DNA from: Octopus vulgaris
Lineage: Eukaryota
DNA: 64,000 nucleotides
Assembly: GCA_951406725.2 (NCBI GenBank)
Contig: OX597819.1
Span: forward strand, 9,362,001-9,426,000
Direction of reading: 5' to 3'
The position numbers and the translations under genes are program-made. The first letter of the stretch is position 1. Every line of letters begins with the position of its first letter. The notes beneath the pieces are model-generated. The model saw nothing but the letters and a program-made list of their open reading frames with translations. It was not told where the DNA came from and made no database searches. Positions 12,426-25,304 of this stretch are shown here, one piece after another.

Positions 12426-13078
12426 TTCACCCGTAGATTGAGACTGAACCAGACACTCGAAGAATTTTAACAAGGCTGTCATTTCATTCACACATAGAAA
12501 TACCGATAGCTGGCACAGACTCGCTTTTCTAAGTACGAATTACCAACCCTCTGACATCCTGGTTAATGAGCGCTTCTGTTACAACTGCATATTCTTTCAG
12601 CATGGTGTCAACCACCTCGATTTCACTGGTCATACAAAGAAAAACAACAATCTTTTCTTTATTAGCCAGAAAGGTTTTTAAAAAATACAAAAACGCGACG
12701 AACGTAAAAACATGGCAAAAATTGTTTTTAAAATGTTTCGCAAACACGAATGGATCCGGACAATAGTCATTTAATTAAAATAGGAAACAAATAAAACTCT
12801 ATAAAGCAAGATAATTTTATAAATAAATGGAATAAATAAAATAAATAAAAAATAAAACACAAAAAAGCAAGTAAAAAAAATTGGTTCTCGTTCCCAAACC
12901 GCTCGCCACCTGTCGACCTATTGTTCCTTTTCGTTTTCTTTGCTAGTTTTTCAGGTTCTTCACGATGCAAAAAGTCAAGTGGTTCTCACAACTAGACGTG
13001 TAGCAACTTGGTTTTTTTTGCTCTGCACCATGCCCTTTGTCCCGACGTCCTTAAGTGAGCACGTCTCCGGGATAGACT

Positions 13079-13502
13079 TACTCTTTTACTCTTTACTCTT
13101 TTACTTGTTTCAGTCATTTGACTGCGGTCATGCTGGAGCACTGCCTTTAGTCGAGCAAATAGACCCCGGGACTTATTCTTTGTAAGCCTAGTACTTATTC
13201 TATCGGTCTCTTTTGCCGAACCACTAAGTGACGGGGACGTAAACACACCAGCATCGGTTGTCAAGCAATGCTAGGGGGACAAACACAGACACACAAACAC
13301 ACACAAACACATACACACACATATATATATACATATATACGACAGGCTGCTTTCAGTTTCCGTCTACCAAATCCACTCACAAGGCATTGGTCGGCCCGGG
13401 GCTATAGCAGAAGACACTTGCCCAAGATTCCACTCAGTGGGAATGAACCCCGAACCATGTGGTTGGTTAGCAAGCTACTTACCACACAGCCACTCCTGCG
13501 CC
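13079..13502 (-). mobile_element. SINE family B, full length
   Basis: Matches the other family B copies end to end. Confidence 0.92.
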
Positions 13503-13801
13503 GATATAGTTTTTTTTTGTTTTGTTTTTTTTGCTGGGGAGGTCATTAGGACATACAAATTTATTTCGACCTCCCCGGACTATATGTCGCCTCTTCTCAT
13601 TTCTGCTTTAACAATTCGCCCATACATTGTTTCCAGACTCCTTTATTATAACATGTTTACGTCCCCGCGAAAGTGGATAAGTAAAAAAATTTTTTAATGA
13701 AATACTGCGGTTGATTTGTTCGACTAAAACCTTTAAGATGATAAAAAGCATAGCCGCAGTCCAATGACTGGAACCAATGAAAGACAAAAATGAAAAATGA
13801 A

Positions 13802-14044
13802 ATCGGTTGTCAAGCGATGCTAGGGGGACAAACACAGACACACAAACACACACACACACATATATATATACATATATATATATACGACGGGCTTCTTTCA
13901 GTTTCCATCTACCAAATCCACTCACAAGGCTTTGGTCGGCCTGAGGCTATAGTAGGAGACACTTGCCCAAGGTGCCACGCAGTGGGACTGAACCCGGAAC
14001 TGTGTGGTTGGTAAGCAAGCTACTTACCACACAGCCACTCCTGC
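13802..14044 (-). mobile_element. SINE family B, 5' half (abutting an older tail fragment in opposite orientation at ~13705-13800)
   Basis: Head and microsatellite present, tail missing. Confidence 0.85.
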
Positions 14045-14307
14045 TTTTTATAAACATTTCATTAGTGCTTTCTCTTGACTCTACATTTCTCTTGAATTTC
14101 TTTTCAACTCAAACTCGTACCTGCCACCTCATCCACCTTTTCCTCACAATACGTTTACACGTACACACCATCCTCTCACGCATCTACAATCCCTCACTGC
14201 TGTACCCCATACATGCACACCTAAATACACTCCTGGGAGACACTAAAGCCTCGAAATCCACACATGCATACACACACACACACGCACCCTTATGTCCATC
14301 TCAATGC

Positions 14308-14592
14308 ACGGTCTATTTTGCCGAACCGCTAAGTTATGGCGACGTAAACACACCAGCATCGGTTGTCAAGCGCTGTTGGGGCGGGGGACAAATACAGACA
14401 CACAAACATATACACACACACTTATATATATATATACATATATACGACAGGCTTCTTTCAGTTTCCGTCTACCAAATCCACTCACAACGCTTTGGTCGGC
14501 CCGAGGTTATATAGTAGAAGACATTTGCCCAAGGTGCCACGCAGTGGGACTGAACCCGGAACCATGTGGTTCGCAGGCTAGCTACTTACACA
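14308..14592 (-). mobile_element. SINE family B, partial
   Basis: Shares diagnostic variants (gaggttatatagtagaagacatttg, ttcgcaggctagc) with the copy at 17095. Confidence 0.85.
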
Positions 14593-15044
14593 CTGTACTA
14601 CTCGTCCCCTTTGTATAGAAATGCATTTATATCAGACCTCTAACATCTTTGCTTTTTCCCTTCCTTTCTGCAGACACTCTTCATCAGAACAAAGATAAAG
14701 AAGGAAAAACGATAAAAAAGCTAATGACTCGCCTCCGAAACGTCAAGACTCCCCAGGACTCCCCATAACATTTCTAAAAACGTGTATCTTCTGCGTTATC
14801 CTCTTTTTGTGCATATTGCCTTCTTAAGCCTGCTTAATAGATATATGTATATACATACATACATACACACATACACGCACATACATACGCACACACAATA
14901 TGTATGTGTGTGTGTGTTTGTGTGTGCATAACTTTTGTGCCTTTAAAGAATACACTTGAACCTACATTCTCACAGATGTAAAAAACAACCAGTCATTATT
15001 TTAATAAGGTACATACATATATATACATATACATATACATATAC

Positions 15045-15077
<33 letters not shown>

Positions 15078-15379
15078 TGTATGTATGTATGTATGTATGT
15101 ATGTATGTATGTGTGTATGTATGCATGCATGTATGTATACATGTATGTCTATTACACAGAACATGTTACAAACATTACGCTAGACTGCAGATAGAAAATT
15201 ACATGCGGAAAGGAACATTGGAAGAAACTAAATATAAAAATGAGAAAAGTGTAATATACGAATCTAGCATTATTTTCATTTGCATGTTATATATACATAC
15301 ACGCATGCCTACGTACATACGTACGCACATATATACATACACACGCACATACATACATACGTACATACATGCATACATA

Positions 15380-16102
<723 letters not shown>

Positions 16103-16327
16103 TCTGTCAAGCTATATCAACTGTTATTTATGTAAATCTTACTCAATTTGTCATGAAAATATATTCAAACAGCATTTATGTATAGTACATTGCTGTTAAA
16201 GCTATCAGAGTTAAGTAAACATCCGTCGCCTCATAACCTAAGTAAGTTAATTGAAATTAACAACTTCATATTGCCCAAATGTGTAAAGGCAACGTTAGCT
16301 TTTCACTAAAATAGTACTAAGTAAATA

Positions 16328-16723
16328 GTGGAGGCGCAATGGCCCAGTGGTTAGGGCAGTGGACTCGCGGTCATAGGATCGCGGTTTCGATTCCCAGACC
16401 GGGCGTTGTGAGTGTTTATTGAGCGAAAACACCTAAAAAGCTCCACGAGGCTCCGGCAGGGGATGGTGGTGATCCCTGCTGTACTCTTTCACCACAACTT
16501 TCTCTCACTCTTACTTCCTGTTTCTGTTGTACCTGTATTTCAAAGGGCCGGCCTTGTCACTCTCTGTGTCACGCTGAATATCCCCGAGAACTACGTTAAG
16601 GGTGCACGTGTCTGTGGAGTGCTCAGTCACTTACACGTTAATTTCACGAGCAGGCTGTTCCGTTGATTCGGATCAACCGGAACCCTCGTCGTCGTAACCG
16701 ACGGAGTGCTTCCATTCCATTCC
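16328..16723 (+). mobile_element. SINE family A, full length with (TTCCA)n tail
   Basis: TSD actaagtaaata. Confidence 0.94.
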
Positions 16724-17094
16724 ACTAAGTAAATATTTCATCCAGATATAGTTAAAGAATATGCAGTGTTATGAAAACAACTGTGTAAAATATTATTTTT
16801 TTGGGGAAAAAATTGAAATGAGATTCATAGTTTTGATTATAAAAACTATGTTAATTAGTTAAATTAGGACTCTTTTACTGGTTTCAGCCAGTGGTTGTGG
16901 TCGCGGTTGGTTATATTTGAAATTACTTTTATATCGAATTTAAATTTTCTATCCAATATTGGTATTGGTAATAGAAATCCCATCAACCAATCATAAATAT
17001 CCGGTTTTGTCATGGCAATAGTGACAACGCTGTCGGAAGAAACATTTCAAGGGATTATCATTTGAAAACACCGGTTTATTGGTTTTCTCTAATA

Positions 17095-17530
17095 TACTCT
17101 TTACTCTTTACTCCTTTACTCTTTTACTTGTTTCAGTCATTTGACTGTGGCCATGCTGGAGCACCGCTTTAGTCGAGCAAATCGACCCCAGGACTTATTC
17201 TTTGTAAACCTTGTACTTATTCTATCGGTCTACTTTGCTGAACCGCTAAGTTACGGCGACGTAAACACACCAGCATCGGTTGTCAAGCGATGTTGGTGGG
17301 GGGGACAAACACAGACACACAAACATATATACACACATATATACATATATATATATACATATATACGACAGGCTTCTTTCAGTTTCCGTCTACCAAATCC
17401 ACTCACAAAGCTTTGGTCGGCCCGAGGTTATATAGTAGAAGACATTTGCCCAAGTTGCCACGCAGTGGGACTGAACCCGGAACCATGTGGTTCGCAGGCT
17501 AGCTACTTACCACGCAGCCACTCCTGCGCC
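17095..17530 (-). mobile_element. SINE family B, full length
   Basis: Matches family B. Confidence 0.92.
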
Positions 17531-17658
17531 TGCTGACATATTTCAATGATATACATCAACGAAAGATAACCAAAGATACACACACATATATGCCGTAATT
17601 ACATATATACATATTAGGAATGGCTACTTCTACACACACACACACACGTACATGTGTG

Positions 17659-17748
<90 letters not shown>

Positions 17749-17934
17749 TAGGTGAATGAATTATCCTAGTATTGATAATTCGGTTAACCGATACCTGGGT
17801 AGCAAATTCACGTCAGAAAATACGGTTGAAGCTACATGCCAAGGGTAGAAACTCCGTGTTCTTGTGGTAATTTGTGTAATATTTGAAATGAATAAAAGAA
17901 TGGAGTCGAACGAGGATTTTAACACAATTCCTTT

Positions 17935-18017
17935 AATTTCAACACATGTTTCGAAGACTGCATATTCTTAATTCTGAAGGAATAAGGTGCATTATGCCGT
18001 CTTCTCATCAGGAAAGT
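17935..18017 (-). ncRNA. Type I hammerhead ribozyme (minimal stem III)
   Basis: Minus strand: acUUUC-CUGAUGA-GAAGAC..GUCUUC-GAA-AC-AUGU-GUU/GAAAuu; core intact, 4-bp stem I, stem II 6+5 bp, GUU cleavage triplet. Confidence 0.72.
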
Positions 18018-18213
18018 CAAGGAAAATCAATCAGCCTCAAGACGGAGAAAAACTTTCTATGGCTTGCTACATATTGACCACAGTGATAATGAGTGATTTT
18101 TAAAATCCGTTAAAAGCAATGACGTCAAAAATATTTGGAAGAGGAATTTATGAAAATATGTAGCAAGCCATAGAAAAGTTTTTGTCCGTCTTGAGGCTGA
18201 TTGATTTTCCTTG

Positions 18214-18296
18214 ACTTTCCTGAGGAGAAGACGGCATAATGCACCTTATTCCTTCAGAATTAAGAATATGCAGTCTTCGAAACATGTGCTGAAATT
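18214..18296 (+). ncRNA. Hammerhead ribozyme copy with mutated cleavage triplet
   Basis: CUGAGGA core and stems retained, but GUU is GCU (U16.1C), predicted inactive. Confidence 0.55.
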
Positions 18297-18368
18297 AAAG
18301 GAATTGTGTTGAAATTAAAGGAATTGTGTTAAAATCCTCGTTTGACTCCATTCTTTTATTCATTTTAA

Positions 18369-18426
<58 letters not shown>

Positions 18427-18428
<2 letters not shown>

Positions 18429-18625
18429 TAGAGTGATAAGTGCACATGCCCGGTAAATCTTCATTTTTATGGTTTTGATCAGCTTATTGTTGTCCCATGC
18501 CCGTTTGGAGAGTTGGGCCGTTACAGCAGCTGCCTTGCCAATGCGTATATTGAGCTCAGCATCAAGGGATAGGTTGTATGTGACGGTAGAGCCAAGATAG
18601 GTAAACTTCTCCACCTCCTGTAGTC
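18427..18625 (-). pseudogene. RTE-clade (BovB-like) reverse transcriptase C-terminal fragment
   Basis: VEKFTYLGSTVTYNLSLDAELNIRIGKAAAVTAQLSKRAWDNNKL...KMKIYRACALITLLY is the typical RTE F.YLGS...E+..RI.KA motif. Confidence 0.85.
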
Positions 18626-18711
18626 TGTGGTCTCCGATATATATATATAATCGACTAGATATTCCAAGTATTCCATCGGATCATAATGTAATCCTTGTAC
18701 TGTTCTTTGTG

Positions 18712-18815
18712 CATCCCGATGATTTTCCATCCAAGGTATTTTAAAATGCAAGATTATATATTCATAAACGTTTTGCAGTTTTAATTCTGGTTGTGAAATG
18801 AAACAATTGTAGGTG
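18712..18815 (+). ncRNA. Degenerate type I hammerhead fold (third family)
   Basis: CAUC-CCGAUGA-uuuuc...gaaau-GAAAC-AAUU-GUA/GGUG; palindromic stem III ACAAUUGU; core has U4C. Confidence 0.45.
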
Positions 18816-18989
18816 AATATGTTAATTAATTAATAACTTAATTTGTATCCATTAGATCTCTCTGTTTTAAAACTTAATAATAATATCTGATATTTTACGA
18901 TATTTTATATAGTATATTCATTAAAGAAATGTCTCTTCAAAATACAATATATTAAACCAGTGCATCTTGGATAAAATATCCCTATAAGA

Positions 18990-19031
<42 letters not shown>

Positions 19032-19557
19032 AAAGTTAAAAAATATATACAACTGGGACAAGAACGTGAAACACCTAGAAGACGACACAAGAAACACAGG
19101 ACGGGACATTCGAAGCCCTCAATAATCAGTCAAGAACCAGATCATCTTCGAAATTTCGGCTGATTAATCTTGAGATTGCTCCGATCTGGGCAGCCCCCAA
19201 GGGAAATCTAAGCCAAGCGCATTAGATTCCTTGGAAGAAAGCCTCGAATGTATACAAAACAAGGACGGAAAACGGACGATGTACACGAATAAAAATACAA
19301 AAATACGTAAAAACATTAAGGAAAGCACGAATAAGAATACAAATACGTAAAAACAATAATGGTAAGGATAAAAACAAAACCAGGACGTCAGGACAAGGGT
19401 CTTTCGACAGGACGAGTTGAGTTTATATATATATATATATATTCTTATTCAGGAATTCCTCACAGCGACATACCACCAATTGTCTCCTCAGCGATTCAAC
19501 GACTTTATAAAGTCAGTTTATTTGTAATCAACTGTGTTTGAGTGTGTGTGTGTGTGT

Positions 19558-19624
<67 letters not shown>

Positions 19625-19931
19625 TATGTGTGTTTTAAATGGTAACTTGTATGGGTAGAGATTTGCTTTGAAATTGGGGAAAGTAATGCTTAAAAAGAAT
19701 GGTGAGCAGATGACAAATTATTTATTTTTAATTTATAAAAACATATGCTAACCATTCCTTTTTAACTATTATGCGTTTCCCAATTATTAAGAAAACTGCC
19801 CGTCTTCCCTTTTAGAATTCACTTCCTTCAGCTCATACACAGACGTGTATGTATGTATGTATGTATGTATGTATGTATGTATGTATGTATGTATGTATGT
19901 ATGTATGTATGTATGTATGTATGTGCATATG

Positions 19932-19970
<39 letters not shown>

Positions 19971-19973
<3 letters not shown>

Positions 19974-20148
19974 AATTAAGGACTGAACACGAAAAGCGGA
20001 CAGTCAACATGCTAGATATAGACGTCAAATCGCCATTCTCCACAAAGATTATGTTCTCAAATCAAACTCATTTGAGAACATAATCTTTGTGGAGAATGGC
20101 GATTTGATATGTTGACTGTCCACTTTTCGTGTTCAGTCCTTAATTGGT
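19971..20148. repeat. Near-perfect fold-back hairpin (~78-bp arms, 7-nt loop) next to (TA)n
   Basis: accaattaaggactgaacacgaaaag...ttctcaaat / atttgagaa...cttttcgtgttcagtccttaattggt; one substitution and a ~13-nt indel. Confidence 0.93.
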
Positions 20149-20232
20149 ATATATAAATATTTTAATCATCGGATTCTTTTTTAATATGCTAGACCACTGG
20201 TTTTAATTGATAAATATCAATTTCTACCCTTA

Positions 20233-20274
<42 letters not shown>

Positions 20275-20279
<5 letters not shown>

Positions 20280-20560
20280 CACGTGACCGACCAGACCATC
20301 ATATGTTGCTATACATCGCTGGTCACAATGCGTTCGAATGACGCCACCCCGCCGACTAAGCGAGCAGGCCAACAGCAGAAAGAGTGAGAGTAAGAGTGGT
20401 GAAAGAGTACAGCAGGCATCACCACCCCTTGCCGGAGCCTCGTGGAGCTTTTTAGGTGTTTTTGCTCAATAAACACACACACAACGCCCGGTCTGGGAAT
20501 CGAAACCGCGATCCTACGACCGCGTGTCCGCTGCCCTAACCACTGGGCCATTGCCTCCAC
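20275..20560 (-). mobile_element. SINE with family A head and an alternative 3' tail
   Basis: First ~190 nt match family A, then an unrelated tail ...cattgtgaccagcgatgtatagcaacatatgatggtctggtcggtcacgtgatc. Confidence 0.8.
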
Positions 20561-20562
20561 GC

Positions 20563-20594
<32 letters not shown>

Positions 20595-20713
20595 ATGTGT
20601 GTGTGTGTATGTGTGTGTGTGTGTATATGTATGTATGTATGTATATACGTATGAATGTATGTATGTGTATAATATTAATGTGCATAATTTGTATAATATT
20701 ATATTAAATTATA

Positions 20714-20759
<46 letters not shown>

Positions 20760-20963
20760 CATATATATATATACTAAGCAATTAAGGGTTTAGCAACGAA
20801 TTGCCTTACCGCACACCGAATTTAGAAATAGCAGTCAAAGAGATTATAGCTCGAATGAGGCTTTTACATGTAGTATTACTTAAATTTTCCTCGAATGAGG
20901 TTTTTACATGCCGAAGACTACTTGGTGTAATTGATAATTATTCCAAATTAATTAATTTCACCC

Positions 20964-21023
<60 letters not shown>

Positions 21024-21028
<5 letters not shown>

Positions 21029-21365
21029 TTTTATGCGTTTCAGCCATGCAGTTGCAGTCAAGCTGGGGCACCACCCTGAATTTACACTTTTACGTGTGTT
21101 TCTGCCTTGGCTGTTTTCTTCAGCCTGGTGGAGTTTCACATTACCACTTCTGGATCTGCTTTTACCCTGGTTGCTGGTCCATTTGGTATATGAAGGAGTT
21201 TGGCACCGCTGCTCTCCTCATCTGTATCTTATTCCTGCCGTAGATTCATTCGATATTGTGGAGAGAAGAATGTCTAGTTCCTTTTTGAAGACATCTACGT
21301 CCACATTGTGTAGGTTTCTTAATTTTTGTAGCAGGACATTGAAGAATTGTGGGCCCTGCCTTTTA
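21024..21365 (-). pseudogene. 3' end of a CR1/L2-group-like LINE (ORF2 C-terminus and 3' UTR)
   Basis: QGPQFFNVLLQKLRNLHNVDVDVFKKELDILLSTISNEST, then (shifted) QMRRAAVPNSFIYQM; the 3' UTR resembles the SINE B tail. Confidence 0.7.
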
Positions 21366-21848
21366 TAGATAAACAGATTTATGGGAGCGACTGTCTTTAA
21401 AGTCTCATATTGTTGTTGAATGCTTGAAATGAGGAGTAGATAGACAGCCGACACCTCACGAAGGGTCCTTTCTCTGTGTTCTCGTTGTTTATGTATTTCA
21501 TGTTATTTGCACCGTTGGTGATGTCATGCATGTGTGTGTGTGTGTGTGTGTGTGTTTGTGTGTGTTTGTATGTGTGTGTGTGTACGTGAATGTAATTTAT
21601 GCACGAGTGTGTGTATAACTTTTGCTTTTTCTCTGGGCCCTTCTTTTTTTTATTTATTCCTCACTCTGATGAAGCTCTATGTTTCAGGTCGGTTTTATTA
21701 CCAAATATGATAAATATTTTTTAGCATCTCAATGGCAATATCATACAACATTGGAAACAGAAACAGGTGTTAGATGGGATGCAGTTTATTTGTATTTAAT
21801 AAATAAAGAATAATGTAAGTCAATTGTTGTTCATCAATATTTCTCCAT

Positions 21849-22207
21849 TTAATTTATCGACCCCGAAAGGATGAAAGGCAAAGTCGACCTCGGCGGAATT
21901 TGAACTCAGAACGTAACGACAGACGAAATACCGCTAAGCATTTCGTCCGGCGTGCTAACGATTTTGACAGCTCGCACCCTTAGCTTACCAAATTATTCTT
22001 TTCTGCTTAGGCGCAAGGCCCGAAATTTGGGGGAAGAGGCCAGTCAATTAGATCGACCCCAGTACGCAACTGGTATTTAATTTATCGACCCTAAAAGGAT
22101 GAAACGCAAAGTCGATCTCGGCGGAATTTGAACTCAGAACGTAGACTGACGAAATACCGCTAAGCATTTGGCCCGGCTTGCTAACGTTTCTGCCGACTCG
22201 CCACCTT
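21849..22207 (-). mobile_element. Two adjacent SINE family D copies (21849-21979 partial, 21995-22207)
   Basis: Reverse complement of the family D head and body. Confidence 0.85.
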
Positions 22208-23094
22208 AAATACCAGAATATTGGCAGCTTTATACACACCTCGCCCGTCAAAGACTTGGAGACCAAAACAGAAAACTAACTTTTGACAGTTCGGGTTTGT
22301 ATCTGGTTTGGAAGATTCTTCATGTGAATTCGTGTGTTGAAACAAATTTCTTTATTGGCGTCCATTGTCCACTGACATAAATTTGTCTGTTTAGTGTACA
22401 CAAGTGCGTCTATTTTATCCTCCCAGAAGATCTGAAAAAGTAATTAAGATGGGTCACGTGATACGTCTGCTCCGTCACATGAAAAGACGTAAGAATAGGA
22501 ATTGATCTTTATGAGCACAAAATAGTTTAATTTCACAAATTCTGGACGTAATAGAAAAATTCTAAAGACTCATTTGAAATTAAAGTACTACAATTACTCA
22601 GAAACGCGTTTTTCTTCCACTTGAAACAAAATTTTTGTTACCTCCTAAAATTATAGTTTGGAAAAATAGAATATTATTCGATATATCTGTATACACATCT
22701 TTTATAAAAATTTATTTTTCGAGCTCTGTAGAATTAGCGGCAAAGAACTGAGACCTCCCAACCTTACTTGGATCCTCATTTTAAAATATTCCAAATTACT
22801 TACTCATTAAAGATAAGTAGAAAGATGTGAATACCACACATCATTTTCTTTCCTTTCGAAATCCGTTGTCCTGTTCATAGCTAATATAAATTTATACTGC
22901 ATTTTATGTAAAAAAAAATTATATTCAGCCTCAACGTATTCGTCTTCTGTTTGAGATACATGTGTAGTTTTTGAGGGCGGGGGTGTTGAGTTCTCCAGAG
23001 AGAATTTTGAGTTCACCAAATCTAGATAGTATAAAATAACTTCTCAGGATTTCTCACATTTGTAACTATTCTACTATCTGGAGCTATTTGGAAA

Positions 23095-23464
23095 CCCAGT
23101 GGTTAGGGCAGCGGACTCGCGGTCATAGGATCGCGGTTTCGATTCCCAGACCGGGCGTTGTGAGTGTTTATTGAGCGAAAACACCTAAAAAGCTCCACGA
23201 GGCTCCGGCAAGGGATGGTGGTGATCCCTGCTGTACTCTTTCACCACAACTTTCTCTCACTCTTACTTCCTGTTTCTATTGTACCTGCATTTCAAGGGGC
23301 CGGCCTTGTCACTCTCTGTGTCACGCTGAATATCCCCGAGAACTACGTTATGGGTGAACGTGTCTGTGGAGTGCTCAGCCACTTACACGTTAATTTCACG
23401 AGCAGGCTGTTCCGTTTATCGGATCAACCGGAACCCGCGTCGTCGTAACCGACGGAGTGCTTCC
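23095..23464 (+). mobile_element. SINE family A, slightly 5'-truncated
   Basis: TSD atttggaaa. Confidence 0.92.
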
Positions 23465-23790
23465 ATTTGGAAAACCTTCACTCTACGCAAACACTCAACC
23501 TGTAACATATTGCAGATAAACCTTCCTGAAATACTACCCTACTGTCTTAAAGATAATCATCGCATCACACTAGTATATCAATGAAGAAAGGAAAAATACT
23601 TTTACAAACTTCGAAAAGGCACAATGGAATTAATTGCTCCAAAATACAGAATCAAGCTGTTCAGAATTCGCCATTACTTTCACCAACGTAAACATTTCAT
23701 TATCATAAGTAATAGCAACAACGGGGACGCCAGATCCCATGTCACAATAACAATTGCAAAATATTCACACTGCAACACTTTTATCGGACA

Positions 23791-24186
23791 CTAGCAGTAT
23801 CGCCCGGCGTTGCTCGGGCTTGTAAGGGAAATAACTATATCAGCATTTTTAGAGAGTTATAGCCAAAAAATAGCAAAAAAATGCATTAAAAATGGAAAGA
23901 AAATGATGGTAATTTTGTTTAAAATCGTTGACTCATCGTAGACATTTTTAGAGAGTTACTTCCCTTATATAATAGCGAAAAACTGCATTAAAATGGAAAA
24001 AAATGATGGTAATTTTTTTTAAAATCGTAGACTCATCATAGACGCGCGCTAATACCCAGAAGGGCTCGATATGAATCACGACTATAAGATACCCGGTTTG
24101 GGTTAAACTGCACCGCAAAATGTGGGAGTAGTTAGGAATCTAAATCGTAGGAGACAGACACACAACTTCACTTTTATATATAAAGA
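23791..24186 (-). mobile_element. Non-autonomous Helitron (subtype 1)
   Basis: TC...CTAG termini, A|T target, 3' hairpin. Confidence 0.88.
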
Positions 24187-25248
24187 TTTCTCGGAGATCA
24201 ACCATTAAAACTTACACAAGGGAAAACAAAAACACAAAAGATTAAATACGTACCCTCTACTTAGACTGCAGTTTGGATTGCGATTCGTCGTTCGGTCAGC
24301 TACTGGTGTGCCTTGGACACTCCATCATAGTTTACCTGGAGCTACATAACAACAGCAACAACAAACAATTCTGCCATCTCCATAAGTCATCGAAGGATCT
24401 TTTAAGTAGTTACTCAACCTGTTAGACATAGTAGATAGTAACCAAAGTTTCTTCAAGTTGTATCTTATTGTTTAAAAAACAAAAGGACAAATTAATAATT
24501 TGAATCCACGAAAGACAGACCTGTGACAAAACAACAACAACAACTCAACCATATTTTGTAATTAGTGATTACTAATTACTTGGTGACAGACTATTTACTT
24601 TAAAGTATTTAGTTCAGTGTCTTTATGTTCTCGTCCCACTAGATTCGATTTTTGTCTCACCTTGCACCTTGGCTGATATAGAATAAGTACCATCCAATGT
24701 ACTGGATTACTTATAAATGACAAGGCCCCCTTCCCCCACTAATTCATGGTCAGACTTAAATGATAAAATGTATAGTCATTACATTCTTCTTATCGTTCGG
24801 AAAAGCATGACAATGACTTCTAAATTTCCCCACTTTCGATTACAGGAAGTTTGTTTTTTATTTATTGAATTTTTTTATAGTTAAATTTTATTTGTTAAAC
24901 AATTGTAAAACCTAGTGCCTTTGATAGTTCTGTTAGTAGGTTACATACACCTAATTACAGAACCTACTTAACTTAGGTGAACTATGCATGTAAGAGTCAA
25001 GAAACTTGGCCATAGAGAGAGTGCAGTGTTTCCTTCTGAATACAAACACCTTCGACTTACAGAGCCATTTACAAACATATTAAACCATTCTAAGGAACCC
25101 CGTAGAAGTAATAATGGAGTTATGGAATGTCTTCCAGGGCTCATAATTTCCAGTTTCAGTCTTAGCGTACGAAAAAAATATACACACATACACGAATACA
25201 TTTATAGGCACACAATATGAATATAAACATAAAAATTAATATACACGC

Positions 25249-25304
<56 letters not shown>

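Larger units (their letters stand above)
17747..18371. mobile_element. Penelope-like/retrozyme-type palindromic element in a (TA)n tract
   Basis: About 200-bp inverted arms (17878-18075 and 18155-18371), each containing a hammerhead fold; (TA)n on both sides; related copy at 40070-40290. Confidence 0.7.

Noticed and set aside
12529-12766. 72-aa minus ORF (EIEVVDTMLKEYAVVTEAL)
   Set aside because: Protein-like composition but no identifiable family; may be decayed TE sequence.
14670-14750. CTGATGAAGAG on minus and CTCCGAAACGTC on plus
   Set aside because: The two half-motifs are on opposite strands and cannot form one ribozyme; at most a scrambled Penelope-like remnant.
16328-16405. tRNA gene at SINE A and B heads
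   Set aside because: A/B boxes are present but there is no complete cloverleaf; always followed by SINE body, often with TSDs.
19455-19500. Minus-strand CUGAGGA-GACA...UGUC hammerhead start
   Set aside because: Stem II is followed by GCUG, not GAAA; no stem III or cleavage triplet.
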